IMG/VR virus record: IMGVR_UViG_3300013947_000002
Location: 34,281-98,280 of that record
DNA from: a virus
Reading direction: 5' to 3' (one strand)
DNA length: 64,000 nt
In this document: one piece after another, positions 28,576 through 38,337 of the stretch
How the letters are laid out: every line of letters starts with the position of its first letter
Position numbering within the stretch: position 1 is the stretch's first letter
Program-made: the position numbers and the translations under genes
Notes under the pieces: model-generated
What the model saw: only the letters and a program-made list of their open reading frames with translations
The model's database searches: none
What the model was told of the DNA's origin: nothing

Positions 28576-29974
28576 TAAAGGCGCATCTAGGCCATATCTA
28601 AAATGCATCGGCGCATCGGCTGTTGGTGTTACTCAATCATGCTATATGGTTCGTTTTCAAAAATACTGTATTATGTTAGATTGCGGCATTTACCAAGAGA
28701 GCGACATCCTTACTAATTACAGACAGAATCAAGCGTTGCTTAAAAAGATTAAGCCAAGAGAGGTGGATTGGCTTATTTTACATGAGGCTCATGCCGATCA
28801 CACATGTCTTGTTCCGGCTCTATATGCTAAAGGATGTCAAGCTCATATCATATGCCCAAAAGGAACTACGGCTTATCTTAAGGTGTTATGGGAAGATTCT
28901 TGTAAAATAATGACGCAGGATTGTCAAAAGATTACAAACAAGCACGGGATTAAAGCTGCGCCATTATATACACCGGATGATATTGCGACAGCTCTTAGTA
29001 GATGTATCGAAGTCGAGGCATTGACAAAATACAACTTAACACCTAATATTGTACTAACATATTATCCAGCCAATCACATTATCAATTCGTGCCAATTATC
29101 ACTTGTAATGACGCAAGGCTATCAACGTAAAGTGTTAAATTTTACTGGTGATATTGGAGGAAAAACGTCGCAGTTTTATCTTGAGTCAAGAGTTGATTTG
29201 CCGTTCTGCGACGTGCTGCTTGGTGAAAACACATATAATGCCATTGGGCGCAACAACAAGCCGTATGATAGGCAGAAAGATTTAGATAAGATTGAAGCCG
29301 TTCTTAATCAGTCTAAACGAACACTGTTCCCTGTATTTGCATTAGGTCGATGCCAAAGTATATTAACTATACTATACCAGTTGTGGAAAGATAACAAGAT
29401 TCCGCACGATGTTCAAGTATATGTAGATTCGCCTATGGCCCAAAAGATATGTGCTTTATATCCAGAAGACGATGTGCTGTGGAATGAAGTATATCATTGG
29501 GATAAATTGCAGTTTGTGCCTGACCACGCAACTACATTATTACTTCAAAATACAAAACCAACTCATCCTATGGTGGTTTGCTCGTCTGCGGGTATGCTAT
29601 CGGGCGGTAAGAGTATATCATGGGCTAAGGCGTTACTGCCAGACCCAAATGCCCATATTATGTTCTGCGGTTATAGCTCTGAAAATACGCTTGCTTCAAA
29701 GATTAGATTTGGTGAGAGAAAGATTAGTATTGAAGGTGACGTGGTTGAGAACAATGCTAATATCACGGAGCTTGTGTCATTCTCGTCTCATGCCTCGCGC
29801 GATGAATTGATTAATTATTACGCAAATACGTTGCGTTTCAACAAGCTCTGCCTGGTACATGGCAATTATGACAATAAAGTCGAATTTGCCCATACTCTAC
29901 AAGATGCGCTTGTTAAACAGGGTAAATCAAATAGGGTTGTAGTGACCCAACAAGACCAGAGAATTTTTATCTGA
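28568..29974 (+). CDS. Metallo-beta-lactamase/beta-CASP ribonuclease-like protein (CPSF/RNase J superfamily)
   Basis: LDCGIYQ, LILHEAHADH, FTGDIG, ALGRCQSILTILY, VYVDSPMAQKI, VVCSSAGMLSGG, FSSHAS, LVHG. Confidence 0.85.
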   Translation: MVNKGASRPYLKCIGASAVGVTQSCYMVRFQKYCIMLDCGIYQESDILTNYRQNQALLKKIKPREVDWLILHEAHADHTCLVPALYAKGCQAHIICPKGTTAYLKVLWEDSCKIMTQDCQKITNKHGIKAAPLYTPDDIATALSRCIEVEALTKYNLTPNIVLTYYPANHIINSCQLSLVMTQGYQRKVLNFTGDIGGKTSQFYLESRVDLPFCDVLLGENTYNAIGRNNKPYDRQKDLDKIEAVLNQSKRTLFPVFALGRCQSILTILYQLWKDNKIPHDVQVYVDSPMAQKICALYPEDDVLWNEVYHWDKLQFVPDHATTLLLQNTKPTHPMVVCSSAGMLSGGKSISWAKALLPDPNAHIMFCGYSSENTLASKIRFGERKISIEGDVVENNANITELVSFSSHASRDELINYYANTLRFNKLCLVHGNYDNKVEFAHTLQDALVKQGKSNRVVVTQQDQRIFI

Positions 29975-30055
29975 AAAAATTAAATAAAACCCTATTGACA
30001 ACCGCTCTAATCTATGATATAATCCAAGTATCAAATGAAAGGAGCGGTTGTTATT

Positions 30056-30703
30056 ATGACCACTGAAAAACTGTATGACGCAATCAAGACATGACGCGAT
30101 TCTTGTAATGCTGAGGGTATGACCAGTACGGCGTTTGAGATGAATAAGGTGATGGAGCAACTCGAATCCGATATGCTCCTTGCTGAAGCGAAGAAATCCG
30201 GCACTAAGCCGATTGTCACAGCGGCGAATCGGATTATCAAGAATGCACAGACTATGCCGAGAGAAATGTTGTGGGGTATGTTCACCAATCAGAACGAGGA
30301 CGGCTCGACCTTATATTGTGTATGCGATGGTTATGTGGCTGTGCGGTTTAAGGAAAAGCCGCTCCTGCCTGAGATTGATAGTAAATATCATGGGCAAGAA
30401 ATGCAACTTGAGCAGATTATTAAAAAGGGCGATGGAGCTAGAGAAATTGGCCTGCCTGATATTGGCGAACTCAAGGTATATGTCAAAACGCATAAAATCA
30501 AGAAAACAAAAACAACTGAGGCTGGATTTGAGCCGTATCTGCTCAATGAAGAAATTGGCTTGTGGGTCAATCCTCAGTATTTGCTGAACGGCATGGAGTG
30601 CTTGCCTGATTGCAAGGCATATGCTACTAATGCGATTAGCGGCGTATATATGGAGTCTAAAAATGGCGATGGGCTGGTATTGCCGGTGAGAAAGAATAAA
30701 TAA
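30056..30703 (+). CDS. Hypothetical protein; strong RBS/ATG at 30056 is followed by in-frame TGA at 30092, re-entry possible at the 30119 start
   Basis: MTTEKLYDAIKT*RDSCNAEGMTSTAFEMNKVMEQL...; AAAGGAG before ATG. Confidence 0.6.
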
Positions 30704-30717
30704 GGAGGATTGAAAAT

Positions 30718-31038
30718 ATGGAATACAATATTGGGGATATTATCAAGCTCAAGAATGATGCTGGTGTATTTAAGGTTGAAATTAAGAGAAAAATGGAAAC
30801 AAATCAAGCCATTCAAGGATATGACGATGATTGCAGGTTTGATGGCGAGATGCGGCTCGAGGTGCATCATAGGGATTATGGTGAATATATCATCACTATG
30901 ACGAGCCGTGAAGAATCTAACGACACTGGTAGAATTATTGTATGCTGGCTTAATACTTGTAACGACGAGGTTGAATATTATCTTGGGCAGATTATTCAGT
31001 ACGAAGAAAAAGAAGACGTGTTCGAGCTGATGAAGTGA
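30718..31038 (+). CDS. Hypothetical protein
   Basis: 106-aa ORF, RBS AGGAGG. Confidence 0.6.
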   Translation: MEYNIGDIIKLKNDAGVFKVEIKRKMETNQAIQGYDDDCRFDGEMRLEVHHRDYGEYIITMTSREESNDTGRIIVCWLNTCNDEVEYYLGQIIQYEEKEDVFELMK

Positions 31039-34000
31039 TGAGTAAGAATTATACGATTCTTCACCTTCATTCCATGCTGTCTAACGGTGTAACTAATATT
31101 GATTCAGTCACACGGTACGACCAATATATAAATCGTGCCGCAGAGCTTGGCATGAAGGCTATTGCGTTCAGTGAACATGGGTCTGTTTTTCAGTGGGTTA
31201 GGAAAAAATTGTACGCCGAAGAAATGGGCTTAAAATTTATTGCAGCTGAAGAATTTTATCTAACTCAAACCCTATCAGAAAAAATTCGCGACAACTATCA
31301 CTGTCTGCTTATCGCCAAGAATTATGATGGCGTACTAGAGCTAAACAAGTTATCAACTAAATCATTCAATCGTGATGATAATTCATTCTACTATGTTCCG
31401 CGAATCACGATTGATGATGTGAAAAATACAAGCGACAATATTATCGTAAGCACGGCTTGCTTGGGCGGCGTTCTTAATAAAGCGCCAGATGATGTCAGAT
31501 GGGATTTTTATCATTGGTTATGTGAGCATAAAGATCGCTGTTTCCTTGAGATTCAGCCCCATCTTGACCCGGCTCAAAAGAGCTACAATAACACGCTATG
31601 GGCGCTATCCAAACAGAGCGGATTGCGGTTGTTAATGTGTACTGACACCCATGCGCTCAATTCTACCCATGTAGATGGGCGGCGCATTTTGCAGAAAGCC
31701 AAGAATATTCACTTTGATGGCGAAGACCGGTTTCACCTTGAGATGATGAACTACGATGAACTAGTTCAGCTATGCCGTATGCAAGATGTGCTTCCCATGG
31801 ATGTGTATCTGGACGCTATCGAGATGACCAATACTGTGGCTGATATGGTTGAGCCGTTCGAGCTTGATTATAGCTATAAATATCCTCATCTATGGGGCGA
31901 TGATAGCGAGGCTGTGCTTAGAGCTAAGATAGCAGATGGCATTAAATGGCGCGGCGTTGATAAACTATCTAATTATCAAGAATACCTAGACCGCATTGAA
32001 TATGAAATGAAGGCGTACATTCATAACGGCGCCATTGACTTTATGCTGCTCATGGAAGATATTGTTACTTGGTGTAGAACGCAAGATATTCAGATTGGAT
32101 ATGGGCGCGGCTCTTGCACCGGCAGTTTGATTGCTTACCTGCTTGGCATTACTGAGATGGATAGCATTAAGCATAAGCTTAATTTCGATCGCTTCATGAA
32201 TGTCGAGCGCGTATCATTGTCTGATATCGACTCGGATATACCGCCTAACAGAATTGATGAAGTAAAGAATTATGTATTTAACAAGCATGGGTTGTATTGT
32301 GCCGATATTGTTACATTTAATACCATTGCTCTAAAGGGTGCTATTCGGGATGTTGGTAGGGCACTTGAAATGTCGCTTGATGAGGTGGGCGATATTTGCA
32401 ATAAGGTTGAACAAGACGAGGCCGGATGCCGCGCCAAATACCCAGAGCTATTTAAGTATGTAGATATTGTTAATGGTTGTGTTGTATCGGTTGGCAACCA
32501 TCCATCAGGAATGATTGTTGCGCCGCATAGCATTGATGACTGCATGGGGTTATTTACTACAACAACCGATACCGTGCCAATCAGCCAAATCAATATGAAA
32601 GAGGTTGACTTGCAGAATTATGTAAAGCTCGACTTGTTAAAGCTGATTACGATACAGATTATCAATGAGACGTGTAAGATGTGTGGAATTGAGCGCTTAA
32701 CACCTGATAATATTGATGTTGCAGACAACGCCGTGTGGCGTTCTATCAGAGATGATACGACAGCAATATTTCAGTGGGAATCAGGCAGCGCAAGGCAGTA
32801 TATAGCCAAGTTGCTATCAGATACAACCATTGCCAAGTTGCGCAAGGTTCAGCCAGATATCGACTATATCACATTGCTGTCTATGGGCAATGGTGCGATT
32901 CGTCCTGCTGGTGCATCATACCGCGATGAGCTTGCCAATGGCGATGTTCGCACATATGACAATGAGGCTATTAACCATTTCATGTCTGATACGTTCGGCT
33001 TTCTTATCTTCCAATGCCAGATTATCGGATTTTTGCATAAATACTGCGGTTATACTATGGGCGAGGCCGATGTGGTGCGCCGCCATTTCGCCAAGAAGAC
33101 GGGTACAGATAAGGATATACCGCAAATTAAGGCTGGATTCGCTAAGACAATGGCTGAGCAATACGGCATGAGCCAAGAGCAATCTGATAAAACCATAGCG
33201 GATTTTATTCAGGTCATTGAGGATGCCAGCAATTACTTGTTCTCTCTCAACCATAGTCAGCCATATAGCTATGAGGGCTATGCAGAGGGATGGCTTAGAT
33301 ATTATTATCCGTTTCAGTTCTTGACAGTGTGCCTAAATGTCAATCAGGGCGACAATTCTGAGACATCGGCTCTGACCGCCTATGCTCATAAGATGGGCAT
33401 TAAAATCAAGTCGCCGCGATTCCGTCATTCTCGCTCGGATTATTTTTGCGATACTGCTGAAAATGTAATCTATAAGGGGCTTGGCTCAATTAAGTATATG
33501 AGCGCAGATGTGGCTGAAGCTCTGTATGGTATGCGCGATATGCAGTTTAAGAATTTTATTGATGTGCTGTTTGCCATCCAGCAGCTTGAATCAAAGCCTG
33601 ATTCGCGCCAACTTGATATTCTAGTCAAGATCGGCTATTTTGACGAATTTGGCCCACCCAAAGCGCTATTGATTGGCATTGAGATTTTTAATAAATTTTC
33701 AAAATGCAAGACAATTAAACTTGACAAATGGCGCGAAATAGGGTATAATGTAGATATGCTTGCGCCCTATGCCGGTAAGATGACGGATAAGACGGCGAGC
33801 CAGCTTGATAATCGTGGTATTGTACTGGCCATCCTACGTTCAATGGAAATGCCAAAAACAACGATTATTGATAGGCTAAAATGGCAATCTGAGCTACTTG
33901 GCTATGTTGATACTTGTGACCCTAAATCGCCCATTACAGATTGGCTTGTGCTTGATGTTAAGACAACTGGTTATGGCACGGTATATTGCCGCCTGTATAA

Positions 34001-34190
34001 TATCAGCATTGGCATTGAGCGTGAAATGCGGGCGAATCGGCAATTTTGGGCTAAGAACAAATTAGAGCGTGGAGACGCAATTAGAGCTGTGACGCAAGAG
34101 AAAAATAAGATGAAAAAGGATGAAAATGGTGAATGGGTGAGAACTAGTGAGGTTTACACCGAATTGAAATGCTGGTCTAGGATTGATTAA
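31035..34190 (+). CDS. dnaE: DNA polymerase III alpha subunit (C-family)
   Basis: PHP-like YTILHLHSMLSNG, CLGGVLN, IGYGRGSCTGSLIAYLLGIT, FDRFMNVERVSLSDIDSDIPP, FQCQIIG. Confidence 0.95.
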   Translation: MMSKNYTILHLHSMLSNGVTNIDSVTRYDQYINRAAELGMKAIAFSEHGSVFQWVRKKLYAEEMGLKFIAAEEFYLTQTLSEKIRDNYHCLLIAKNYDGVLELNKLSTKSFNRDDNSFYYVPRITIDDVKNTSDNIIVSTACLGGVLNKAPDDVRWDFYHWLCEHKDRCFLEIQPHLDPAQKSYNNTLWALSKQSGLRLLMCTDTHALNSTHVDGRRILQKAKNIHFDGEDRFHLEMMNYDELVQLCRMQDVLPMDVYLDAIEMTNTVADMVEPFELDYSYKYPHLWGDDSEAVLRAKIADGIKWRGVDKLSNYQEYLDRIEYEMKAYIHNGAIDFMLLMEDIVTWCRTQDIQIGYGRGSCTGSLIAYLLGITEMDSIKHKLNFDRFMNVERVSLSDIDSDIPPNRIDEVKNYVFNKHGLYCADIVTFNTIALKGAIRDVGRALEMSLDEVGDICNKVEQDEAGCRAKYPELFKYVDIVNGCVVSVGNHPSGMIVAPHSIDDCMGLFTTTTDTVPISQINMKEVDLQNYVKLDLLKLITIQIINETCKMCGIERLTPDNIDVADNAVWRSIRDDTTAIFQWESGSARQYIAKLLSDTTIAKLRKVQPDIDYITLLSMGNGAIRPAGASYRDELANGDVRTYDNEAINHFMSDTFGFLIFQCQIIGFLHKYCGYTMGEADVVRRHFAKKTGTDKDIPQIKAGFAKTMAEQYGMSQEQSDKTIADFIQVIEDASNYLFSLNHSQPYSYEGYAEGWLRYYYPFQFLTVCLNVNQGDNSETSALTAYAHKMGIKIKSPRFRHSRSDYFCDTAENVIYKGLGSIKYMSADVAEALYGMRDMQFKNFIDVLFAIQQLESKPDSRQLDILVKIGYFDEFGPPKALLIGIEIFNKFSKCKTIKLDKWREIGYNVDMLAPYAGKMTDKTASQLDNRGIVLAILRSMEMPKTTIIDRLKWQSELLGYVDTCDPKSPITDWLVLDVKTTGYGTVYCRLYNISIGIEREMRANRQFWAKNKLERGDAIRAVTQEKNKMKKDENGEWVRTSEVYTELKCWSRID

Positions 34191-34218
34191 ATTTAAGGAG
34201 GATTAAGTAAGTAAAAGT

Positions 34219-34878
34219 ATGGGTATCAGTGTGATGATTTTGGGCGATAGTGGCAGTGGCAAATCTGCCTCTATGCGCAACTTTAGTGGTAACGATGTGG
34301 CGATTCTAAATGTTGCATCCAAGCCGCTCCCATTCCGCAACAAGAATGGGCTAAAGATGGCCAATAAAGCCACATATGAAATGATTAAGGGTGCTGTATC
34401 AAGCAATCGCGCACCGAGCTACGTTATTGATGACGCACAGTACCTTATGGCGTTTGAGAGCTTTGCTAAAGCCAATGAAACAGGATACGGCAAGTTCACC
34501 GTAATGGCTAAGAATTATGAAGAAATGCTGCGTTATGTGCAGGAGGAAACTAGCCCAGATACAATCGTGTATGTTATGCAACATATCGAAACGGATGAAA
34601 ATGGCAAGGTTAAGGCTAAGACGCTAGGCAAGATGCTAGATCAGCAGCTTACAGTAGAGGGGCTATTTACCATTGTCTTGCTTTGCGAGGCAGACGAAAC
34701 CGGGCATCACTTTATCACTCAGTCCGATGGTACAAATCCGGCCAAGTCGCCTATGGGTATGTTTGATTCCGTAAAGATTGATAATGACCTAAAGATGGTT
34801 GATGATGCCATTAGAGACTATTATGGGTTGAAAAAGCCAAAAAATACAAGTAAGTCTACTACGGCAAAAGCCGAGTAA
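34219..34878 (+). CDS. Phage AAA/RecA-like ATPase
   Basis: MILGDSGSGKSASMRNF Walker A, YVIDDAQYL Walker B. Confidence 0.75.
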   Translation: MGISVMILGDSGSGKSASMRNFSGNDVAILNVASKPLPFRNKNGLKMANKATYEMIKGAVSSNRAPSYVIDDAQYLMAFESFAKANETGYGKFTVMAKNYEEMLRYVQEETSPDTIVYVMQHIETDENGKVKAKTLGKMLDQQLTVEGLFTIVLLCEADETGHHFITQSDGTNPAKSPMGMFDSVKIDNDLKMVDDAIRDYYGLKKPKNTSKSTTAKAE

Positions 34879-34897
34879 AATATAATTGAAATAATAC

Positions 34898-34926
34898 TTG
34901 ACAAATAGCAAGTATTGTGGTATAAT
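34898..34926 (+). promoter_or_regulatory. Promoter TTGACA-N17-TATAAT for HNH gene B
   Basis: TTGACA 34898-34903, TTGTGG TATAAT 34921-34926. Confidence 0.85.
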
Positions 34927-34930
34927 AAAA

Positions 34931-35010
34931 TAGAGGTCAAAGCTTGGTTGCAAACTAGCTTAGTTTAAGAGGGTTGCCTATATCAACCCTCTACTCTAAA
35001 TTAAATCTTA
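34931..35010 (+). promoter_or_regulatory. Structured leader B, homologous in layout to leader A
   Basis: AGAGGGTTG(34968-34976)/CAACCCTCT(34984-34992) followed by ACTCTAAATTAAATCTTA. Confidence 0.65.
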
Positions 35011-35029
35011 TATAGGGAGATTGATAAGT

Positions 35030-35725
35030 ATGGGTAAAATCGGGTAACATTCATCTAATTTCATTGATATGACTGGATGGAAAATGTGGGAGCATGGAAT
35101 CTCTGACAGCAGGTTAATTATAATTAAACAAGCACCAATCAAGAAAAGAAAAAAGGCTTATTGGATATGTAAATGTTCTTGTGGGAATCCGTCATATTTT
35201 ATTGTAGAGGGAACGTGTATAAGGTCTGGAAATACATTATCATGTGGGTGTGTGAAAAAAGATAGACATCCGCAGTCACATGGCTAATCAAAAAGTAAAC
35301 TATATGCAGTTTGGGTTGCAATGAAAAAGCGGTGCGAAAACGCAAACAGCCATGATTACGTTAGATATGGGGGACGTGGGATATGCGTATGTGATGAATG
35401 GAAAACATATGAACCATTCTATAATTGGGCAATGAATAATGGATATTTAGAAGGCCTAGAGTTAGACAGGGTGGATAATGATGGCAATTATTGCCCGGAA
35501 AATTGTCGATGGACAACACATCGAGAACAATGTAGAAATAGAAGTACAAATATTTGGATAGAGTATAATGGCAAGAAACTATCTCCAAGAGAATGGAGTA
35601 AAATAACGGGCATTCCAGACGCAACTATTAGAGCAAGGCTACAATGCGGGTGGACGTCTGAAGAAGCTATTTTAGTACCATACAAAATGAAAAGGAAGGC
35701 GTATTATAATGAGAAAAATCAGTAA
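35030..35725 (+). pseudogene. HNH homing-endonuclease-like gene interrupted by two in-frame TAA codons (35045-35047, 35285-35287)
   Basis: MGKIG*HSSNFIDMTGWKMWEHGISDSRL...CKCSCGN...SCGC...HPQSHG*SKSKLYAVWVAMKKRCEN...NYCPENCRWTTHREQ. Confidence 0.7.
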
Positions 35726-36329
35726 TTGGGATTCTATTGTTGAAAGCACATCGTTTAAGCGTCTAGCACCGGGAGGCTATATTGTCAAGATTCTCAATGT
35801 TGAGGACAACCCCAATAAGGAGTATCTAAAAATTTCGTTTGACATTGTAGAAGGAGATGAAAAGGGCTACTTCAAGAAGCAGTATGATAATGATAAGCGT
35901 GAGACGCGCAAGTGGCCCAACGCTGGCTCGTTCATCAGATCGTATAAGGATAGTGCTGCTTCGATGTTTAAGGGATTCGTTGGAGCCGTTGAACGCTCAA
36001 ACAAGGGATATGTGTGGAATTTTGAAGAAAAGACACTAGTTGGTAAGCTGGTGGGGCTTATCATCGCAGATGAGCAGTATCAAAATCAGAAGGGCCAGAT
36101 TCGTGAGCGTAACTATGTAGCTGCTGTTCGGTCTGTTGATATTATCAAGAAGGGTGAATTTGACGTGCCTCCTCTAAAGGAGTTAGATGGCTCTAAAGTC
36201 CAGCAGACAACCGCCAAGCCTGCACCCATTGCAGACCCGTTTGCGAATGATGCTTCCACCGCAACTGAGCCAGCTCCTGATTATGATAATCCGTGGGGTG
36301 GCGATGATGAATCTAATCCATTTCTATAA
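35709..36329 (+). CDS. DUF669/SSB-like phage DNA-binding protein
   Basis: Follows the AAA ATPase; acidic C-terminus ending GGDDESNPFL. Confidence 0.65.
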   Translation: MRKISNWDSIVESTSFKRLAPGGYIVKILNVEDNPNKEYLKISFDIVEGDEKGYFKKQYDNDKRETRKWPNAGSFIRSYKDSAASMFKGFVGAVERSNKGYVWNFEEKTLVGKLVGLIIADEQYQNQKGQIRERNYVAAVRSVDIIKKGEFDVPPLKELDGSKVQQTTAKPAPIADPFANDASTATEPAPDYDNPWGGDDESNPFL

Positions 36330-36336
36330 AAATATC

Positions 36337-36376
36337 AAAGCCGGGGCTTGACAACTCCGGCTTTTTATTGTATAAT
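36337..36376 (+). promoter_or_regulatory. Overlapping terminator (AAAGCCGG/CCGGCTTTTT) and promoter (TTGACA-N17-TATAAT) with the -35 box in the terminator loop
   Basis: Stem 36337-36344/36357-36364; TTGACA 36348-36353; TATAAT 36371-36376. Confidence 0.8.
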
Positions 36377-36396
36377 AGCCGCGAGGTGATAAATAT

Positions 36397-36828
36397 ATGA
36401 ATACAGATGTGATGTTCTCTAGCGCGACAGATAATTGGTCAACACCACAAGATTTCTTTGATAAGTTGAATGACGAGTTCCATTTCACTCTTGATGTATG
36501 TGCAGATGACAAAAATCACAAATGCGAACACTACTATACCAAAGAAACAAACGGGTTAATTAGACCTTGGATTGGTACAGTATGGTGTAATCCTCCATAT
36601 GGGCACACCATTGGCGAATGGGTGAGACGAGCATACTTGTCATCGCGCGTTGGCTCAACCACAGTGGTAATGTTACTACCAGCTAGAACAGATACTAGAT
36701 GGTTCCATGATTACATCTACAATAAACCAAATGTGGAAATCCGCTTCATCAAAGGGCGGCTCAAATTTGGCGATAGTAAAAATTCAGCGCCATTCCCATC
36801 TATGGCGGTAATCTTTAGACCAAGGTAA
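36397..36828 (+). CDS. Phage DNA N6-adenine methyltransferase-like (Dam_phage type)
   Basis: DNWSTPQDFFDKLNDEFHFTLDVCAD, WCNPPYG. Confidence 0.9.
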   Translation: MNTDVMFSSATDNWSTPQDFFDKLNDEFHFTLDVCADDKNHKCEHYYTKETNGLIRPWIGTVWCNPPYGHTIGEWVRRAYLSSRVGSTTVVMLLPARTDTRWFHDYIYNKPNVEIRFIKGRLKFGDSKNSAPFPSMAVIFRPR

Positions 36829-36846
36829 AAATCGAGGTGATGATGC

Positions 36847-37479
36847 TTGAATAGATTTCTATGTGTAGGTCAGCTATCAGAGCTACGAATTGACCTATAT
36901 CAAACCCATATGAAAGCCAGATTCAGCATCATCACCAACAACCAGTGCCTCACCATGAGCCAAACGATAAGCCGCAAATGGAATGAGGTGCAGATAAAGC
37001 AATGGCTTGATATGATGCCCTATATCCATCCGCGCATAGATAGCTATGTATATGTCAAAAATAAACATTATTATACAATGAAAAAATCTGATATGCCTAC
37101 TAGGCTATTGGTATCTGGCAATATCAATGAATGGAAAAAATCATTGTATTTTAATGTACAATATTGTCGCATAGCTGATGATAGTGCAGCTGATGGCATG
37201 AGCATAGAGATGGATGGGCAATGGGTCGATTCTGGCCGATTCTTGAATATATGCGGAGATTCGCCTAGGGTGTTTAGCATCCAGCGCCCAGACGGCTGTG
37301 ATGACCGCATATGCCGATTACGGCTCAATTATGATGCAGGATATAGCATAGAGCAAAATCGGGTCATAACGCATGAGAGCGGCCTTAGTATAGTTGATTG
37401 TAAGAGGACAGATGTGGCTATGAGCCAAGAAGAAATTGATAAATGGATGCTAGAATATGAGATAATTTCAGGAGGTTGA
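36847..37479 (+). CDS. Hypothetical protein
   Basis: 210-aa ORF (TTG start after RBS GAGGTG). Confidence 0.5.
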   Translation: MNRFLCVGQLSELRIDLYQTHMKARFSIITNNQCLTMSQTISRKWNEVQIKQWLDMMPYIHPRIDSYVYVKNKHYYTMKKSDMPTRLLVSGNINEWKKSLYFNVQYCRIADDSAADGMSIEMDGQWVDSGRFLNICGDSPRVFSIQRPDGCDDRICRLRLNYDAGYSIEQNRVITHESGLSIVDCKRTDVAMSQEEIDKWMLEYEIISGG

Positions 37480-37480
37480 A

Positions 37481-38143
37481 ATGAATAATAAACGATTGCT
37501 TGTTTGTTGTGAAGAATCTCAGCGCGTGTGTACGGCCTTTCGTGAACGTGGTTGGGAGGCGTATAGCTGTGACATTGAGCCATATTCTGGTGGTCATCCA
37601 GAATGGCATATCCAGCAGGATGTATTACCGCTAATCAATGGCGATTGTGAATTTGATACAGTTGATGGTGTGCATCATGTCATCGATGGCGAATGGGATT
37701 TGTTGATTTGTCATCCTCCTTGCACTTACCTTAGTAATGCCGGTGCGCGTCATCTATGGAAAGAGCACATTTTAAATCAAGAGCGGTATGCAAAAGGACT
37801 TGAAGCCAAAGAATTTTTCATGAAATTCATCAATGCTAAATGCGAACATATTGTTGTTGAAAATCCAACACCGTCTAAAGTATATAATTTGCCACCTTAT
37901 CAGCAGACAATTCAACCATATGAATATGGACATCCATTCAAGAAAACAACTAGATTATGGGAGAAGGGCGTTCCACAACTTATCCCTACTAATATTGTAG
38001 AGCAAAGAGAGTCAACTAAAATTGCTGGAAACTGGTATAACAAAGGTGGTAAAGAACGCCAAAAGAACCGTAGCAAGACGTTTGAAGGAATAGCTAAAGC
38101 CATGGCTGAACAGTGGGGAGAATATATCGAAAATTTATCTTGA
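37481..38143 (+). CDS. DNA cytosine methyltransferase-like protein
   Basis: LLVCCEESQRVCTAFRERGWEAYSCDIEPYSGGHPEWH, ICHPPCTYLSNAGARH, IVVENP. Confidence 0.75.
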   Translation: MNNKRLLVCCEESQRVCTAFRERGWEAYSCDIEPYSGGHPEWHIQQDVLPLINGDCEFDTVDGVHHVIDGEWDLLICHPPCTYLSNAGARHLWKEHILNQERYAKGLEAKEFFMKFINAKCEHIVVENPTPSKVYNLPPYQQTIQPYEYGHPFKKTTRLWEKGVPQLIPTNIVEQRESTKIAGNWYNKGGKERQKNRSKTFEGIAKAMAEQWGEYIENLS

Positions 38144-38337
38144 CAAATCAAACAATATATGCTATACTTGGATTATCAAAGAGATGGAGGTAAGGATTAT
38201 GGTTTGGAGAGTATGGTTCTATAAAGACTGGATTGAGGATGCGATGTATGTGGCAGCAGATTCATTTGATGAAGCAATTGCATTGGCTCGTCAGTTTGAC
38301 AATAGATATAGCGTGGCTCAGCCTGTAGGCAAAGCTA

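Noticed and set aside
35030-35725. Alternative genetic code explaining internal stops
   Set aside because: TAA, TAG and TGA all occur internally in different small genes, while most large genes are uninterrupted and use the same codons as terminators.
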